From assembly GCA_964016885.1 (NCBI GenBank), contig OZ024742.1, positions 171,492,001 through 171,556,000 of the forward strand: a stretch of DNA of 64,000 nt, read 5' to 3'. Position numbers and translations under genes: made by a program. Below are positions 41,691-56,314 of the stretch, one piece after another. The stretch comes from Eledone cirrhosa. Its lineage: Eukaryota. Each line of letters opens with the position of its first letter. The first letter of the stretch is position 1. The notes beneath the pieces were generated by a model. The model saw only the letters and a list, made by a program, of their open reading frames with translations, did not search any database and had not been told where the DNA came from.

Positions 41691-44447
41691 TACTCCTAAT
41701 AATAATAAACTTAATGGTGTCGTTACTTGCCATGATTGAGTCATACTTTGGTGCTGTATAAGTGGCTGAGTATTCCCCAGTCACATGTAACCGAAATTTT
41801 ATTTCAGAGGTATTTAACATGACAGTGTATGAGATGGCTGCCCCAATGTATTAGAGATAAAGTCTATCAGCGGTATCCCAAACAATTTCTCTCCCCCTAA
41901 TTCAGTTTAATATGCATGGGTCAACACGAAGCTCGGGTAGCAGACAACAGTCCAAAATGTCACGTAATGAAATTTAGCCAGAGCAAAGCGATTTTTTAAT
42001 TATTCGGCCATGCAGCGTCCACGAGAGTTTAGTATAGCAGTAATATATACATATAGAACAGAAACATATATACCTATCCTGTCTATGTATGCCACTTTTG
42101 TTATATTTATTAGAGTATATGTGTAAATTCAGACGTTTCTTTCAGATTGCCATCATTTTCATCGAAAGAACATTTAAGATTTTCTTAATGAAAAAGTCAC
42201 ATTGAATATTATAGTTCTGAGCTCCTTGTTTATTCCATTGGATAACCTCAGGATCCGTACCGAAGTTGATCAATACATCACGTGATAAGGGTTGAGACAG
42301 GACTAAACAACCACCGCAACAATAGAAACAACAACAGCCTCTAATCACAATCAAGCCAGCGTTTCACTGTGTCTGTTCATAATGCAAATACAAATTAGTC
42401 TGCATGTGGGTTCTGAGCCTTACATCTGAATAAGCAATAATTACATTTGTGCACACACATGCTCGTCCAACAGAAACACACACGTACACACATATACACA
42501 CACAATACACACACATATATATTAACTATATTCTTTGCGTATTAAATGTAATTCTATAAAAAATATATGATTAATTTAACATAAATATCAATATCATCTA
42601 ATAGTCGTCATCATCTTCATCTTATTTATCATCATGTTCATCATCTCTCTTATATTCATCGTGATCACCACCCTCCACCTCCTCATCATTATCATCATGT
42701 TCATCATCGTGATATCATATGTCAGTGCTCATCTACACATGTGTGCATTATATGCATCAACAAAAATTATATTAACGTTATATTTAGGTGTGTATATTAA
42801 ATGCAATTTAATAGGAATATCTGCTTCGCTTCATATACGCTTAATTTAATATGAATACGAGTTGAATTTCAGCAAGTTTTTGTGTATTAAAATATCGTTC
42901 AGCTTATAACTTTGAATACGTTTTATCTAATATATGCAAGAATGCAGAAAATATTTAGATATTTACCTGAAATGAGAGACTGAAATATTTTGCAAGTAAA
43001 GATATAATATCACATTTACTGTTTTTAAGCTGATGAATTGGCAGCGTGGTTAGGGCATAGGTTATGATATTTAGTGATATTCCAACTCTTGTTGTTCTGA
43101 GCTAAAATCTCACCAATATCAAATTTGGTTTACATACTTTAGGAATCCATAAATACAGTACCAGTTAAGCAATGGGTTAATTTCTACTCTGTCTGTCTGA
43201 CACTTTCTCTCTTTATTTTTCTTTTCTCTCTGTCATAATCGGCCATGTGAGGGAACCAAGGACGTATTGTTTATATCCCGTTCCTACCTAACAATCATTT
43301 ACTCGTGGGGACACAAACAGGGAGAACGTGACATTGAGAAGTAATTGTAGGACACTGTACAATACATTTAACTGTTCTTAGTTTATTCATTATGCCTATA
43401 TCATGCATTTATTTGAATTCTAAAGTAGTGGATCGGAATCACGATCTAAACCGTCTTGCTCGTTTTATATTTGAGCAATACTCTTCGTTTCACGTTGCCT
43501 TTCATAATAACACTAGCGTACCTAATCTGAAAACAACATAGAAACCTTCTATAAAATATAACATCATTTATGTGTAAGCTGTACACTTCATTTTCAATTC
43601 ATTGGCAAACTTTGTAGAGCGCAATCGTTATACTTATGTTCTTTTCCATCACATGTGCAAATTACGCCAGTGTCCATTGAAATTTCTATTTTATTGGGTT
43701 CAGTCAATAAGTACCAGTCAAGTATTGGGGTTGAAATATTTGACTACATAATCCTACAAGAAAATAGTTGATATTGTGAAAGTCTTTATGGGTATGAGTA
43801 ACATTCCAACGATAGATGACGTTTTTCATATTGGAAGCTGCAATGTGAGTTTACAGGAAGGATGTGTTTGATCCACAAAATCAATTGAATATCTACAACC
43901 ATTTGTAGATCTTTAAAATCTGTTTCGAGTAACGCATAACCCAGTTCCCGACGTTGAAGAGAGAGAGACAGTATCAAGAGTTACAGGAAGAAGGAATAAC
44001 TTCTGTAAGAGATATGACTAACCATTCGGATAATAATATCTCTTGGAAATACACAGACGTCTTAAAACACAGGGAGATTTAAAATAGCAATAATTTTGTT
44101 GGCAATGTTAATACCTGGGTAAATTAAATAACAAAGCTGTGTGCTACAGAAATAATGTAATAAAGCTGTGTGCTACAGAAATAATAGAAAACAACAATAG
44201 TTTTTTAAATCCAGAAATGATTATTAATATAAACAATCTATCTATTGCTTGTAGAAAATTGTTTTCATTAGATATCTATAATTATAGAATTATAATTCAA
44301 CTATACATAGACGTCTCTATTTTCTGCGTGGTTTCTAGATATCCAAACCATAATGTAGCCAACATTTCCCCATCACTGATGAGGATAATGCGACAAATTA
44401 TGAATACATAGAGTTGATTTATAGGAATAATAAAAATAATATAACGG

Positions 44448-44460
44448 AATTATAATTATA

Positions 44461-44528
<68 letters not shown>

Positions 44529-44530
44529 TA
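44448..44530. repeat. (ATT)n microsatellite
   Basis: Directly visible. Confidence 0.95.
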
Positions 44531-45057
44531 ACATCATTATAGGACAGTACATGTATTCATGCAGATAAAAAATGAGAAATTATGAAAAGATATCTACATG
44601 AAACTTTGGCAAGCACATAAAAACATTGAATATATATATATTCCTATTATATACACATATATAGATATAAATATGGAACTATGACAGACGGACATAGACA
44701 TAAATATAATGGGAAGTTATAAATACCTGTATCCTCCAAAGAAAGAACTACAACGCAAGGAAAAAAATGTATATATATATGTATGTATAATATACAAAGT
44801 TAAAATAGTACGTTATACAGCAATAATCATATTATAAGACCGTACACCGATAGAAAATAGATGCATTAATTGTAATAACATTACTGACAAAATTGTAAAT
44901 ATATTTTGTCATTATTATGAAAAGACTATGGTTAAACGTTAGAGTCGGTCATATTTGAAGAAGGAAAATTGAAATCTAGAAAATAGTCAAAGAATAATGT
45001 AAAATAAACAGAAATAATATAAAGAATTTATTATAAATTTCGATGACGATTCGTCTG

Positions 45058-45452
45058 AAACCGCCTCAGGGTTCCACGATACAAACGTTTTCTTTTAACG
45101 TGTTTATTTATAACCTAAACACCTTAATGTTACATCAAAATTCTATGTAAAACTTTTGTTATGTTATGTTCCAACTAGCCTGTCACACATTTTGAGAGCA
45201 AACCGCCTGAAATATCCTCTGGTTCTACGATACAGAATTTTCCGTTTGACAGTGTTTATATTTATCTAAAACCCTTAATTTCCCATCATAATGTCTATAT
45301 GGGACTCTTTGTTAAATTGTGTTAAAAGCAGCCCCAGAAAACGTACTGTACAACATGGTTGTACGATACAACGTTTTGTTTTAAAGTGTTTATATTTATC
45401 TAAATCCCTTCAGTCATAATTTATGTAAGAAACTTTTGAAGTTATGTTCCAA
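45058..45452. repeat. Degenerate tandem repeat of about 135-150 bp x3
   Basis: ggttc..cgatac...gtgtttat...taaa.ccctt...tatg.aa.acttttg...tatgttccaa recurs three times. Confidence 0.7.
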
Positions 45453-45801
45453 ATACCAACATAATAGGTTTATTCTACTTTTGGCACAAGGCCTGGAATT
45501 ATCTCAGTGAATTACTGGTGCTTATTTTATCAACCCCGTAAGGATGAAAGACAAAAGAAATTTTATATATCCTAAATCCTTTCAAATTCTAAATTATTTT
45601 CCAATTTCTTGAAGGTCAATGGTACTGTATTTCGTCAGATATATGGTAGCAAAAGGGTTACACTAATACAGTTTGTATCGGAAGCAGGCTTTATGTAGCA
45701 AACACAAGAATATAACATGATGTATGCAGAATATACTTTTATTCAGCCATTACCATATACAATGCCATTATTTCAAGTCTGGCACGTATTTTATCAATCA
45801 T

Positions 45802-45990
45802 TGGATTGGCAGTATTGGTAGAGGGTCGGACGCCATGCTTAGCAGCAAAGAGTTACGTCCCTTTATGGTTTGAGTTCAAATACCGCCGAGGTTAACTTTG
45901 CCTTTCATCCTCACGGGGTCGATAAAATAAAGTACCAGTTATACACTGGAATAATTGTTGGCCTTGTGCCAAAAGTAGAAACAATTATTT
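45802..45990 (+). mobile_element. tRNA-derived SINE family A, full length
   Basis: A box tggcagtattgg, B box gagttcaaatac, body and attatt tail. Confidence 0.9.
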
Positions 45991-46037
45991 GTTCAATCAC
46001 TAAGATATGGAACATAAACAAACAAGCACATGCGCGG

Positions 46038-46079
<42 letters not shown>

Positions 46080-46290
46080 TCCTTTTTAAATAAAATATTT
46101 TTTCCTCATAGCCGGTACTGGTCAAAAATAATGCTGTAACTCTCAACGAGCATTGGTAATTACCTCCCTTAGCGAATTATATCCCTTTCATCGTATCCAT
46201 ACCTATAACATCTAAAATCGCAATGCATAGCGATGAGATATTATTATACCCTCTCAGGGCTTTGTAATTAGGACTTTACTATCTGAATAT

Positions 46291-46332
46291 CTGCCTCCGA
46301 CGAGCCCCTCTGGGCGAAACACGTATAAGAGC
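46291..46332 (+). ncRNA. Hammerhead motif about 75 bp upstream of a (TA)n tract
   Basis: CCGACGA-GCCC-ctct-GGGC-GAAAC-ac-GTA. Stem II is perfect, the core has one change (U4C) and stem I is weak. Confidence 0.55.
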
Positions 46333-46407
46333 TTTATAAAGATATATTTTATATATTTTAACTTCTTGTAACTCTTTCATTCACTCATTCTTTTGTATAT
46401 TCTATAA

Positions 46408-46640
<233 letters not shown>

Positions 46641-47249
46641 TTTGTGTGAGTAAATCACCGTCGGTCACGACCGATCTTGGGTTTTGCACCTAGAAGGTTT
46701 CCCTCTTATGGAAGACCAGCAGTTGTCCATACACATCAGTCTTCCATCTCCACGCCACCGATTGTCCAGCAGCTGATTCAACTACAGCAGCGCTTATTAA
46801 ACTATCATTTTGAAGGATACAAAGTACCACCCTGACCGGTGGAACGATCTTATAACCTCACGATTGTAAATCCAACTTTAAACCTTCCTAAGCCACGTTT
46901 CTTTACACAATTACACACACACATATGTATGTATGTATATTGAGTGCTACTGGTAACATGTAACCTAGTACAACCTGTCGGATGGTCGGGTCGTCGGTGA
47001 CTAAACCGGCAACCCCACCAAGTTTACTTGGTGAGGAGGGTGACATTTGGACACCCTGCAGGACAAAAAACAAAACTTGACAAAAAGAAGACCTGACACC
47101 CTGCAGGACAAAAAAAACAACAAAACCTGACTTCAACGGCCATCAAAAAATGTGTAAATATGTATATACATGTATAAATGTATATATATGTATATGTATG
47201 TATATATATATATGTGTGTATATACATGTATGCATGTGTATGAATATGC

Positions 47250-47410
47250 GCGGGGACATAGAAATAATCGGGCTGGATACCCGATCGCGCGGTTAAACCA
47301 CTGGGAGTGAAGGACCCCTAGCTTTTGTCTGGGCATTTTTCTAGGAGAAGGCAACTCAGGAAACTAGGATAACTCCGACATAAAACCCACGGCTCAGTAG
47401 TTACCGATGA
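47250..47410 (+). mobile_element. Possible RTE LINE 5'-UTR-derived fragment
   Basis: ctaggagaaggcaactc...aaacc resembles a motif common in RTE 5' UTRs (recalled, not searched). Confidence 0.35.
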
Positions 47411-49061
47411 TGTTGATCTATTCTTCTTTTCTGGTTATAACTACTGTCACTCAGAGAGTGGGATTGCCTCAGTGCACAGTCTTTCCTCACTTTAAAAAAA
47501 TCTTCACGCACACGCATTGCATCATAGCATTAATTAATTATTAATAATGTTATATCGTTCGATGGCCATACTCGGTATCGAAGGGCCAGCCATCAAGTAT
47601 GTATGTATGTAAATATTATTTGGTTAAATTATGGAGATCAGAATATCAGGGGACATTTTCTGAATCTGGATTGCATTTTTACTTCAGTGAGTAATTGTTT
47701 ATGTATAGTACCGTGCTAATGAAAAAAATAGTGGTAGCACGATAAAAAGCAGAACTGTCTAGTTTTTCTCTTCGTTTTCCTACCCCTCAGCTATCGCAAT
47801 GCAAGTAAGGATTATTGAGAATTTTATAAATGTCAGTTCATCATAAATTATAAATGTCAGTTGATTTTAAAACACCACTTCCTAACATGGCTTATTATTT
47901 CAAATCGCCATGAACATTTTGATCGTGGATTTTAAAACCATGATTATACCGTTTAAATTATTGATAACAGTGAAATGATTTTATCATATTTATATTATTA
48001 TTATTTTTTGCATATGAATGTTGGATGTTTTACTTGTTCCTAACAGTGGCATCCCTAGCACTCCATCGTGAATTGTGGAATTAGTAATCACAGTTGTAAT
48101 GACAGGAGGGTTACATGGTCCTTTAGCTTTGTTGATGTATTGGTTTTTTTTATATTGAAAATATTAAAAAAATATTTCCCATTGCACGGATTTCAAAGTA
48201 ATCTTAATCTTCTAACGAATTTGATATTAGAATTATGAGAAATTAAGTATTTAATATCAGCGAATATATCTAGATTTGAATTATTATTTTCATAAACATG
48301 AACATTTCTACTCGTGATGACTAAAATTAGCATTATATATCCATGTTCGATCTCTAGTAATATATTTCAACATAATAGATCTCCTATCAATTTCAGTTGC
48401 GAGAACCCAGTTATTAGATCAAAGGAAAGTCTAGCACATGAATTAACAAGTGGTATAGACACTTGTACCCTCAACGGATTTCTCAAGCTGATATATGACA
48501 TTTGAAATACAAATACAATCCACCCGATGTGTTTCCTTGTAGATTCAATCTATCATATTTCAATCTATATAATTATGTGAAAACCAGGTTATGCTAAAAT
48601 CATTGGCTCAAGATACCAAGCAGTGGAAGCGAACTTGAAATATCCTGGTAGTGAAGGAACACTTTTAGTCTTTAATGAAATCTAATAGACCCAAGCCATC
48701 AATAATGACAATAACAGCATTCAACATGTGTTGTTTTGGGAGTCTAGGATTGTTATGTCATACGTAACAGGATTACCAGGTATATGCACGATCATACAAA
48801 GTAGAAAATTTGCATTATGGTAAACTAATGATGAGTATGAAAGAAATCCAATAGTTTATGTTAATTACTGAAGTGATTAAAGATAATGATATTTGAACAA
48901 ACATATTCATTGTTCAGCATATATGTAAACATATATAAGGAACTTGGGTGATAAGGTATTAACAGGGACTCATTTTGAGTGAGATATCAGGGTATTGTGA
49001 TTGGAATGACATTTTTTTTATTGTAGCAACTGTAGTATGATAGGTAAAAAAAAAAATCATT

Positions 49062-49153
49062 CTTCTGCAGAGAGACTTGAACCCGCGACCCTCAGATACC
49101 TTCACAGTATATCTTATAAAAGTCTGATGCTTTACCGTCCGAGGTACGTGGGC
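49062..49153 (-). tRNA. tRNA-Lys(TTT) pseudogene with a 19-nt intron
   Basis: GCCCACGTACCTCGGACGGTAAAGCATCAGACTTTTA-[taagatatactgtgaaggt]-ATCTGAGGGTCGCGGGTTCAAGTC. The intron lies after position 37 and an oligo-T terminator follows. Acceptor and T stems are broken. Confidence 0.8.
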
Positions 49154-49235
49154 GGTGCTTGTTACTTGATATGAAACCACGAATAAATTTACTTATCCGC
49201 TATGTTAAAGCGAAAAACCAAATTCTATATACTAT

Positions 49236-49372
49236 ATATAACGAAGGAAATGTGGTAAGGAACCAGATGGACCATAACGCACCAAAATACTCAATACTTA
49301 GAGTAGTAGAGTGGGTAATAGGAACGAGTAGGACCACGACGGCTGAGCTCAAGACGTTTCGACGGCTCGTTC
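49236..49372 (-). mobile_element. Element family B copy flanked by TA
   Basis: Reverse complement of 16866-16993 with few differences and the same 3' end, ccttcgtt(at)n. Confidence 0.85.
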
Positions 49373-49373
49373 C

Positions 49374-49406
<33 letters not shown>

Positions 49407-49612
49407 TAATAAATATAATGAATAAAAACAAAGAAACAGTTCCTTATATTAAAAATTCATCATTTTACGATCGTTTCTAGGATATATATGTGTGTGTTGG
49501 TATGTATATCATATAGACCTATGTAAAATGTTTACAAACTATCAGAGGGAATATACATACCTACACATATATATGCTGTCTTCAGAAATAATGATATTTT
49601 GGTAGATTTATC

Positions 49613-49650
<38 letters not shown>

Positions 49651-49695
49651 CATACATACATACGCACGTACGTACATACATACATACATACACAC

Positions 49696-49756
<61 letters not shown>

Positions 49757-49842
49757 TGTAAAACACTGAAAGGTAATATCCCTAGTGGTAGAGCACTCAG
49801 TCCATGGGACGCATTGGGTAGAAGTGATAACACAACATATTA

Positions 49843-49880
49843 CGAGCTGAGGATCCGCTAAGGTGAAACAATTGTTCTCG
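49843..49880 (+). ncRNA. Minimal type I hammerhead ribozyme within a 150-bp microsatellite-flanked insert (49758-49910)
   Basis: CGAG-CTGAGGA-t-CC-gctaa-GG-t-GAAAC-aatt-GTT-CTCG. Stem I is perfect and stem III is palindromic (AACAATTGTT). A TA tract starts 30 bp downstream. Confidence 0.78.
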
Positions 49881-49908
49881 GTTTGGTGAACTAACTGTTG
49901 TTTTACCA

Positions 49909-49984
<76 letters not shown>

Positions 49985-50014
49985 AATATATATACTTAAA
50001 ATACATATACATAC

Positions 50015-50088
<74 letters not shown>

Positions 50089-50090
<2 letters not shown>

Positions 50091-50894
50091 GTTTCTGAAT
50101 TTGCTTAGCAAGATTCTTTATCTGAAAACGTGTGTTGAAACCGATATTGTTATACTTTGGGAGGGTCATGTTGCCAAAAAGAAACACACGCACCAGTTGC
50201 TTTCACTTCAATTTATTATAATAAATTTATAAATTTAGGAATTTATGAATTTCCATTTGGTTGGTTGGTTGGTTTCACAACCAGATGGTTGTTTATATAT
50301 TGTCAAAGTTCTTTCGTCACACATTCTGTGACCTCCTCATTGACTGGGGATTATTTTCTTTGTTTTTGTGCCTCTCCTTTGTTCTTCTCCTACGCCATCT
50401 TGTTTCTGTGTGTGTTGTGTGCTCAGTCTGCGCATGCGCCACATCCGGGTGTCTGTGTGTGTTTATATTCGTTTATTTATTTGTTTATTTACATGTTACA
50501 GGTTGGTTGTTTGTTCTATGTGCGTGCGTGTTTTCATTTTGTCCTTAATTGTAAGTTGTGATGTTGCTGTAAATAAACGAATATAAACACACACAGATAC
50601 CCGGATGGGGCGCATGCGCAGACTGAGCACACAACACACACTCAGAAACAAGATGGCGTAGGACAGAACAAAGGAAGGGCAGAAAAACAAAGAAAATTAT
50701 CCCCAGTCACTGAAGAGGTCACAAAATGTGTGACGAAAGAACTTTGACAATATATAAACAACCATCTGGTTGTGGAACCAACCAACCAACCGGAAATTTA
50801 TAAATTCCTAAATTTATAAATTTATTATAATAAATTGAAGTGAAAGCAACTGGTGCGTCTGTTTCTTATTGGCAACATGACCCTCCCAAAGTAT

Positions 50895-50902
<8 letters not shown>
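50089..50902. mobile_element. (TA)n-embedded head-to-head pair of hammerhead element family C, arms of about 335 bp
   Basis: 50144-50478 is the reverse complement of 50571-50902. Intact motif GTCA-CTGAAGA-g-GTCACA-aaatg-TGTGAC-GAAAG-aa-CTT-TGAC at 50706-50748. The mirror motif at 50302-50344 has core ATGAGGA. Confidence 0.9.
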
Positions 50903-50961
<59 letters not shown>

Positions 50962-51363
50962 TATATAATAATAATAATAATACTAATAAGTGGTTAACGG
51001 GACTAGCATGACGTATCCCTGCTAGTACCTGTTGGATCTCAGCCTACTCAGTAGGTAAGGGTTATGAATAAATACCAGAGTAGACAAAGTTATTTGCCTC
51101 GATACAACACACGTAAATGGGTACCATAAATTTATAACCAGACTAGGCACTAGTTTCTGCTACCCTATGTGCAGGCGGCAGTTCATTGTGGATTGGCGTG
51201 AACAGAAATAGGTAATGTTATTAAATGAGATGAAGGGTTTGTGGTTCACAAACCCTCCATCTCAGTTCTACTTTTGAAAAGCATAAGAACTGTGAAACGG
51301 GTAAAGGAAACAAATAAATATTCTTAAAAAGAGTCCAGTTGCTTTTTCGATTTCATATTTTTT

Positions 51364-51405
<42 letters not shown>

Positions 51406-51633
51406 GGACCCTTGCCCAAGATGAAACACAGTGGAATTGTGCCCCCAAACCACGACATTGCCAACTGTATTCGTTAACCGGACAGCCATCTTGCTCCTAC
51501 AAATGTAACATGGTAACATGTAAATGCTTTACATACTTCTCATTGACAACCTAATAAAATGTATTTCTAAATCTTGTTATATTCACCTGTCAAGCGACAT
51601 TTACTGAATCGAATATTGATATATATATTTATG

Positions 51634-51711
<78 letters not shown>

Positions 51712-53829
51712 CGTGAGTGAATGTGTGTGCGTACATACATACACTCATGGCATGAAAAAATATGATTTGCTAACCTTTCCAAAAATGCTTATTTACCCAA
51801 TGCCAAATTCCCTACGGTCTCACAATGCAGTTAAACTGTCCTCTTCTTTCCATTTCTTCCCAATATTAGCTTCGTGTTGTTACAGAAGGCAACAACATAC
51901 TTGGATTTGATTGGGTGAATCCTAGTTTATGGCATTACACATGTCAATTCATTTTCAGTAGTCCGATGTAACATTCTTAAACTAATTATATATTCACGTT
52001 TGTTGATGTATTTCAGGAGATACGGGATAATATATTAAGACAGCCATCGTTCCAACATACACCCTGTTATAATATCTTCTTCTTTTACAGAAAATACTTT
52101 CCTTATTTCTGTTTAATATTTTCATACACAAAAAAACAACAAAACCATGCAAGATTCCTTATCTTATCGTAAATATACGACGAGTGTCTTTAATAATATG
52201 AACAATTTAAATGATGAAAAGATGGCATGGATTGAGGAGGGCATATCAAACAATGCTACAGGTTATTCTGCGAAAATGCAACAATGCGCCTTTCACCATT
52301 TAATCAATAGTAGTCAACATATTGATATTAAATCTTAAATGTTATTTTCTTTGCGGTAGTCAGTTCACAAAGATGTGATACGCATATTATATTAACTATG
52401 CGTTCTCGAATAGCAATAAACTGTGACTTTCTTTGTCGAGGATAGATTATAACAGTATTTATAGTATTACCGATTCTTCCTACTTCTAACATCATTTCAA
52501 GAACAATTCTGTTTGCCGAAGAAGTATCGATGAATGCAAAATCAATTGCGAATGTACGCAAATTAAAGGAACAACTCTATTGATTAATGTAAGATGGGTT
52601 AGCGGTGTTGGAGGAGGCCAAGGAGAAGGGGGAGGGAAGTAAAATATATAAGTTATTAGGTATTTGCAAGTGCTTTCGCATGAGAAATCTTGCGCTTGTT
52701 GGAAATTAAATGGCGGTGTAGCAGAAAATGTATTGTCAGAGAAATGTTAGCAAGTATATCAATTTAATGATATTCAGTTGGCTATCGTGAAAGACTGGTG
52801 AAGTCATTGATGTGAGGCATACAGCTACATTACATACACATCAGTTCTCTGGCATTAGTGAACACAGTTGCCGATTATTGCAATCATTTTGCAGACCACT
52901 GAGAGAAGAAGTAAATTAGAAAATATAAACCAATTCCGATTCCATAGAACGATGCGTAGTTGCTATAGTAATCAGTTAATTTACACGTAGTCATTTCAAA
53001 AAATGAGGTTATTTCAAATAGCTGCAAATATATAATTGTATTACATATACATGCACACCCACACATGTACACATGCACGAACGCGCGCACACACACACAC
53101 ACGCATATATATATATATATATGGCAATTTGGGATATCTTTTGGAGTACACCACACTTGTATAGTGTAGGTATGTAGCTATCGATATATTTCATCGATCT
53201 GATACATGATCATCGTGATTTTCAATTGTAATATATCGGACATAAGAATATGATTTTAGAGACGGATTGGCTAGTAAATTTAACAAGTGGAATAATCACG
53301 TAAATTATATGGTTACAAATATGATCTTGCCGGAAGTATATCACTACTGAAATTAAATCACTGTGTGTAAATGTTATAAGCCACATCTAATAGGTCACAT
53401 ATCTCCCATTAGTAAGGTATAGGATGTAAAATAGGGGCAGCGTTCTGTTAGAGAATTATTTCTACAATATTTATAAATTTGCAGTGAGGAAGTTTGTCAT
53501 CTATAGCTTTCCCAGTGCTGGATCTCCATCGGTTTCGACAACGAATGTTCCAGTTGATTCAATCATAGGAACAGGTTGTTAGTGAATTCAATCGAGTAGT
53601 TTTCGGGGAGATTCAGCTTTACACAAGATGTGACGGGACGGGCTCTTTGTATTACAATTACAACTAACTCACTCGTCACTCAACAGAGAAAAGTATAACC
53701 ACGTTAAATAAAATGTCTTGCTCAAGGCACATCATTGACCAGGAATCGATGTATTGACTTACGAAGACACTATCCACCAAAAGAAAAGTGTTCCTACAAT
53801 TATACTTTCCTGTGACATTCCGAAATATT

Positions 53830-53892
53830 TGTTTCTACTTTAGGCACAAGGCCAGCAATTACCCAGTTCATTACTGGTACTTTATTTTATCG
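53830..53892 (-). mobile_element. 5'-truncated SINE family A with a 9-bp TSD
   Basis: CGAAATATT at 53821-53829 and 53893-53901 flanks the SINE 3' segment. Confidence 0.8.
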
Positions 53893-54548
53893 CGAAATAT
53901 TGAAAGTAAAACGATTAAAATACATTTATCTCGAATGTAAATATTTTTCCAGTACTAGAAGAAAGTTATATTCCGTACAACATTTCTTTACATCAATCTG
54001 TTTCCTACTTAAACTGTGGCTTTCATATGTTTTCTATATTTACTTCTCTGTTTTCATATCTCTATGTATTATACTAAAATTCATTGTTATATTCATATAA
54101 GATTAACATCGTGTATGTCAGAAGCTCTGTATGATAAGCGCTATAGTTCATATTCATTCCGTCAAAGTCTATATTAAGTGTACGTTTATACACCACAATA
54201 TCCGTTACAATAAGTTAAATACACGCATGCCAATACAACTCACTGTTATCCATTCATGTAGTTTTTCATTGACATTTCTGTGTCTTTTGTTTAAATCCAG
54301 TTTCATTCAACAGCTGAAGATATAATTTATCGTTGATTCTGATATCCACCAACTTTCTCTCTGACAGATCTATGCAGGAATTTAGGACTTCTGTATGTAA
54401 CATACACAATCTATTATATGTTTGACAACAATGCTTGCAATGGTCACATTTATTCATTCTTAAATAATCAGTTTCACGTTGAAATACTTATGTGACTTTG
54501 AAATTATATCCACTATGTAACCCCCCCCCACGCACACACACCCATACC

Positions 54549-54706
<158 letters not shown>

Positions 54707-55594
54707 AAATAGAAAATTACTGATATATCCTATTATTATTTCTGACAAGACAACCGACGTTTCCTTTCAAATACATTTTATACTCACATAGTTGCCTCAA
54801 TAGAAATGCTTTATATACACTAAAACACTACCCACCATGTGATATCCATATCTTCTTAATAATTTGGTTTTTACTTTGGAACAGCTGTACTGCCAAATGA
54901 AACACATTCACCGGTGATTTTATAGTTAATTATGTATTGAATTAAAGCATCAACTAATTGACTAATCAGTCAACTAATTAATTAACTATTTGTCAAAATC
55001 CATCTATCTCACAATATGTCACCTTATCGATGACATTTGGCTCTTAGTGTTTTCCCGCTGACTTGTCCTCTATTTTCCTCCACCTTTACTAAAAACTAAT
55101 TGATGAAATGTCAGCAACTATATATCTACGTTTTCATTATCTAGTCGATGTAACATGGTCGAATATCAAAGAGGTTTGTTTTGTAATTATTAGGCCCCTG
55201 GTTCAATCCTACAGAGTGGCATCTATTTTATATGTTATTATCGATAGTTTAGGGTCAATCCATGCCATGTGAATGAAATTTGGCTAAGTGGAAATGGTTT
55301 GATAACCTGTAATTCAAAAAGTTTGGTTTGCTACACAGTTTCACGTTGATTTTCACCGTGAATTACATCAAAGCTACACTCAGCCACTTACATATCAATT
55401 CCACAAGCACGCTGTTCTGTTGATGGAACAACTAGAATACTCATCGGCAAAACTAACAGATATTCATTGTTCTGTTTATATCCTTTCAGATTTCCAATGA
55501 CATTTGTTTTGAAATTTTGTTGGAAAACAGGCAATAGCTTTCTTCAGATTTAGGTGACTGAAAGAACAAAATCTGTAATTCTATAGTGAACGAA

Positions 55595-55920
55595 CCTCTC
55601 ACGTCTTGCGATCAGTGTGCCAGTTGATTTGATCAACGGAACAGCTTTCGCATGAAATTATCGTATAGGTTGTTGAGAATTCTAGAAATATGTATAACCA
55701 TATCCTAATTCTCAGAAACATTTAGTCAGATAGATTGTGTGACAAGGCCAGCCCTATAAATTACAAATACACTCCATGTGATGGGGTTACAAGCAGTTGT
55801 TATCCACCCAATGTCCTTATCTAAGTCTATCGTAAATTACTCTCGCTCAGGATACCACACAGTCGGATTGAACCAGAAACTCGATGATTGCAAAGCGAAA
55901 TGTTTAACCAATCGGCCATG
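55595..55920 (-). mobile_element. Old SINE, second family
   Basis: ccagttgat...caacggaacag...tgtgacaaggcc...aattaca...ggattgaaccag is shared with other copies. Confidence 0.55.
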
Positions 55921-56034
55921 ATTTATCCACAGACCTATATATTAGTGGTCGATATAGGTTACATTGTTCATTGAGCAAGCACACGGAGATCTGGGTTAAG
56001 TCCAGCGCCGCAACCCGTGTAAGTGTCTTCTATT

Positions 56035-56172
56035 ATGTATGTATGTATGCATGTTTGTATGTGTGTATGTATGTATACATGTATGTATGTATGTATGTAT
56101 GTATGTATGTATGTATGTATGTATGTATGTATGTATGTATGTATGTATGTATGAATGTATGTATGTATGTAT
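56035..56172. repeat. (ATGT)n tetranucleotide microsatellite
   Basis: Directly visible. Confidence 0.95.
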
Positions 56173-56314
56173 CTTTATATATATATAAGAACATAAGGAG
56201 CTGGATTGTTAGGTGTGTGGTCGTCTACTGTTCTCTAAATCTGGAGACATCATTCATTTAAAATCAATAAAAAGCCAACTATATGCTGCTCTATCCCTCC
56301 AATGCTAGGTAAGA

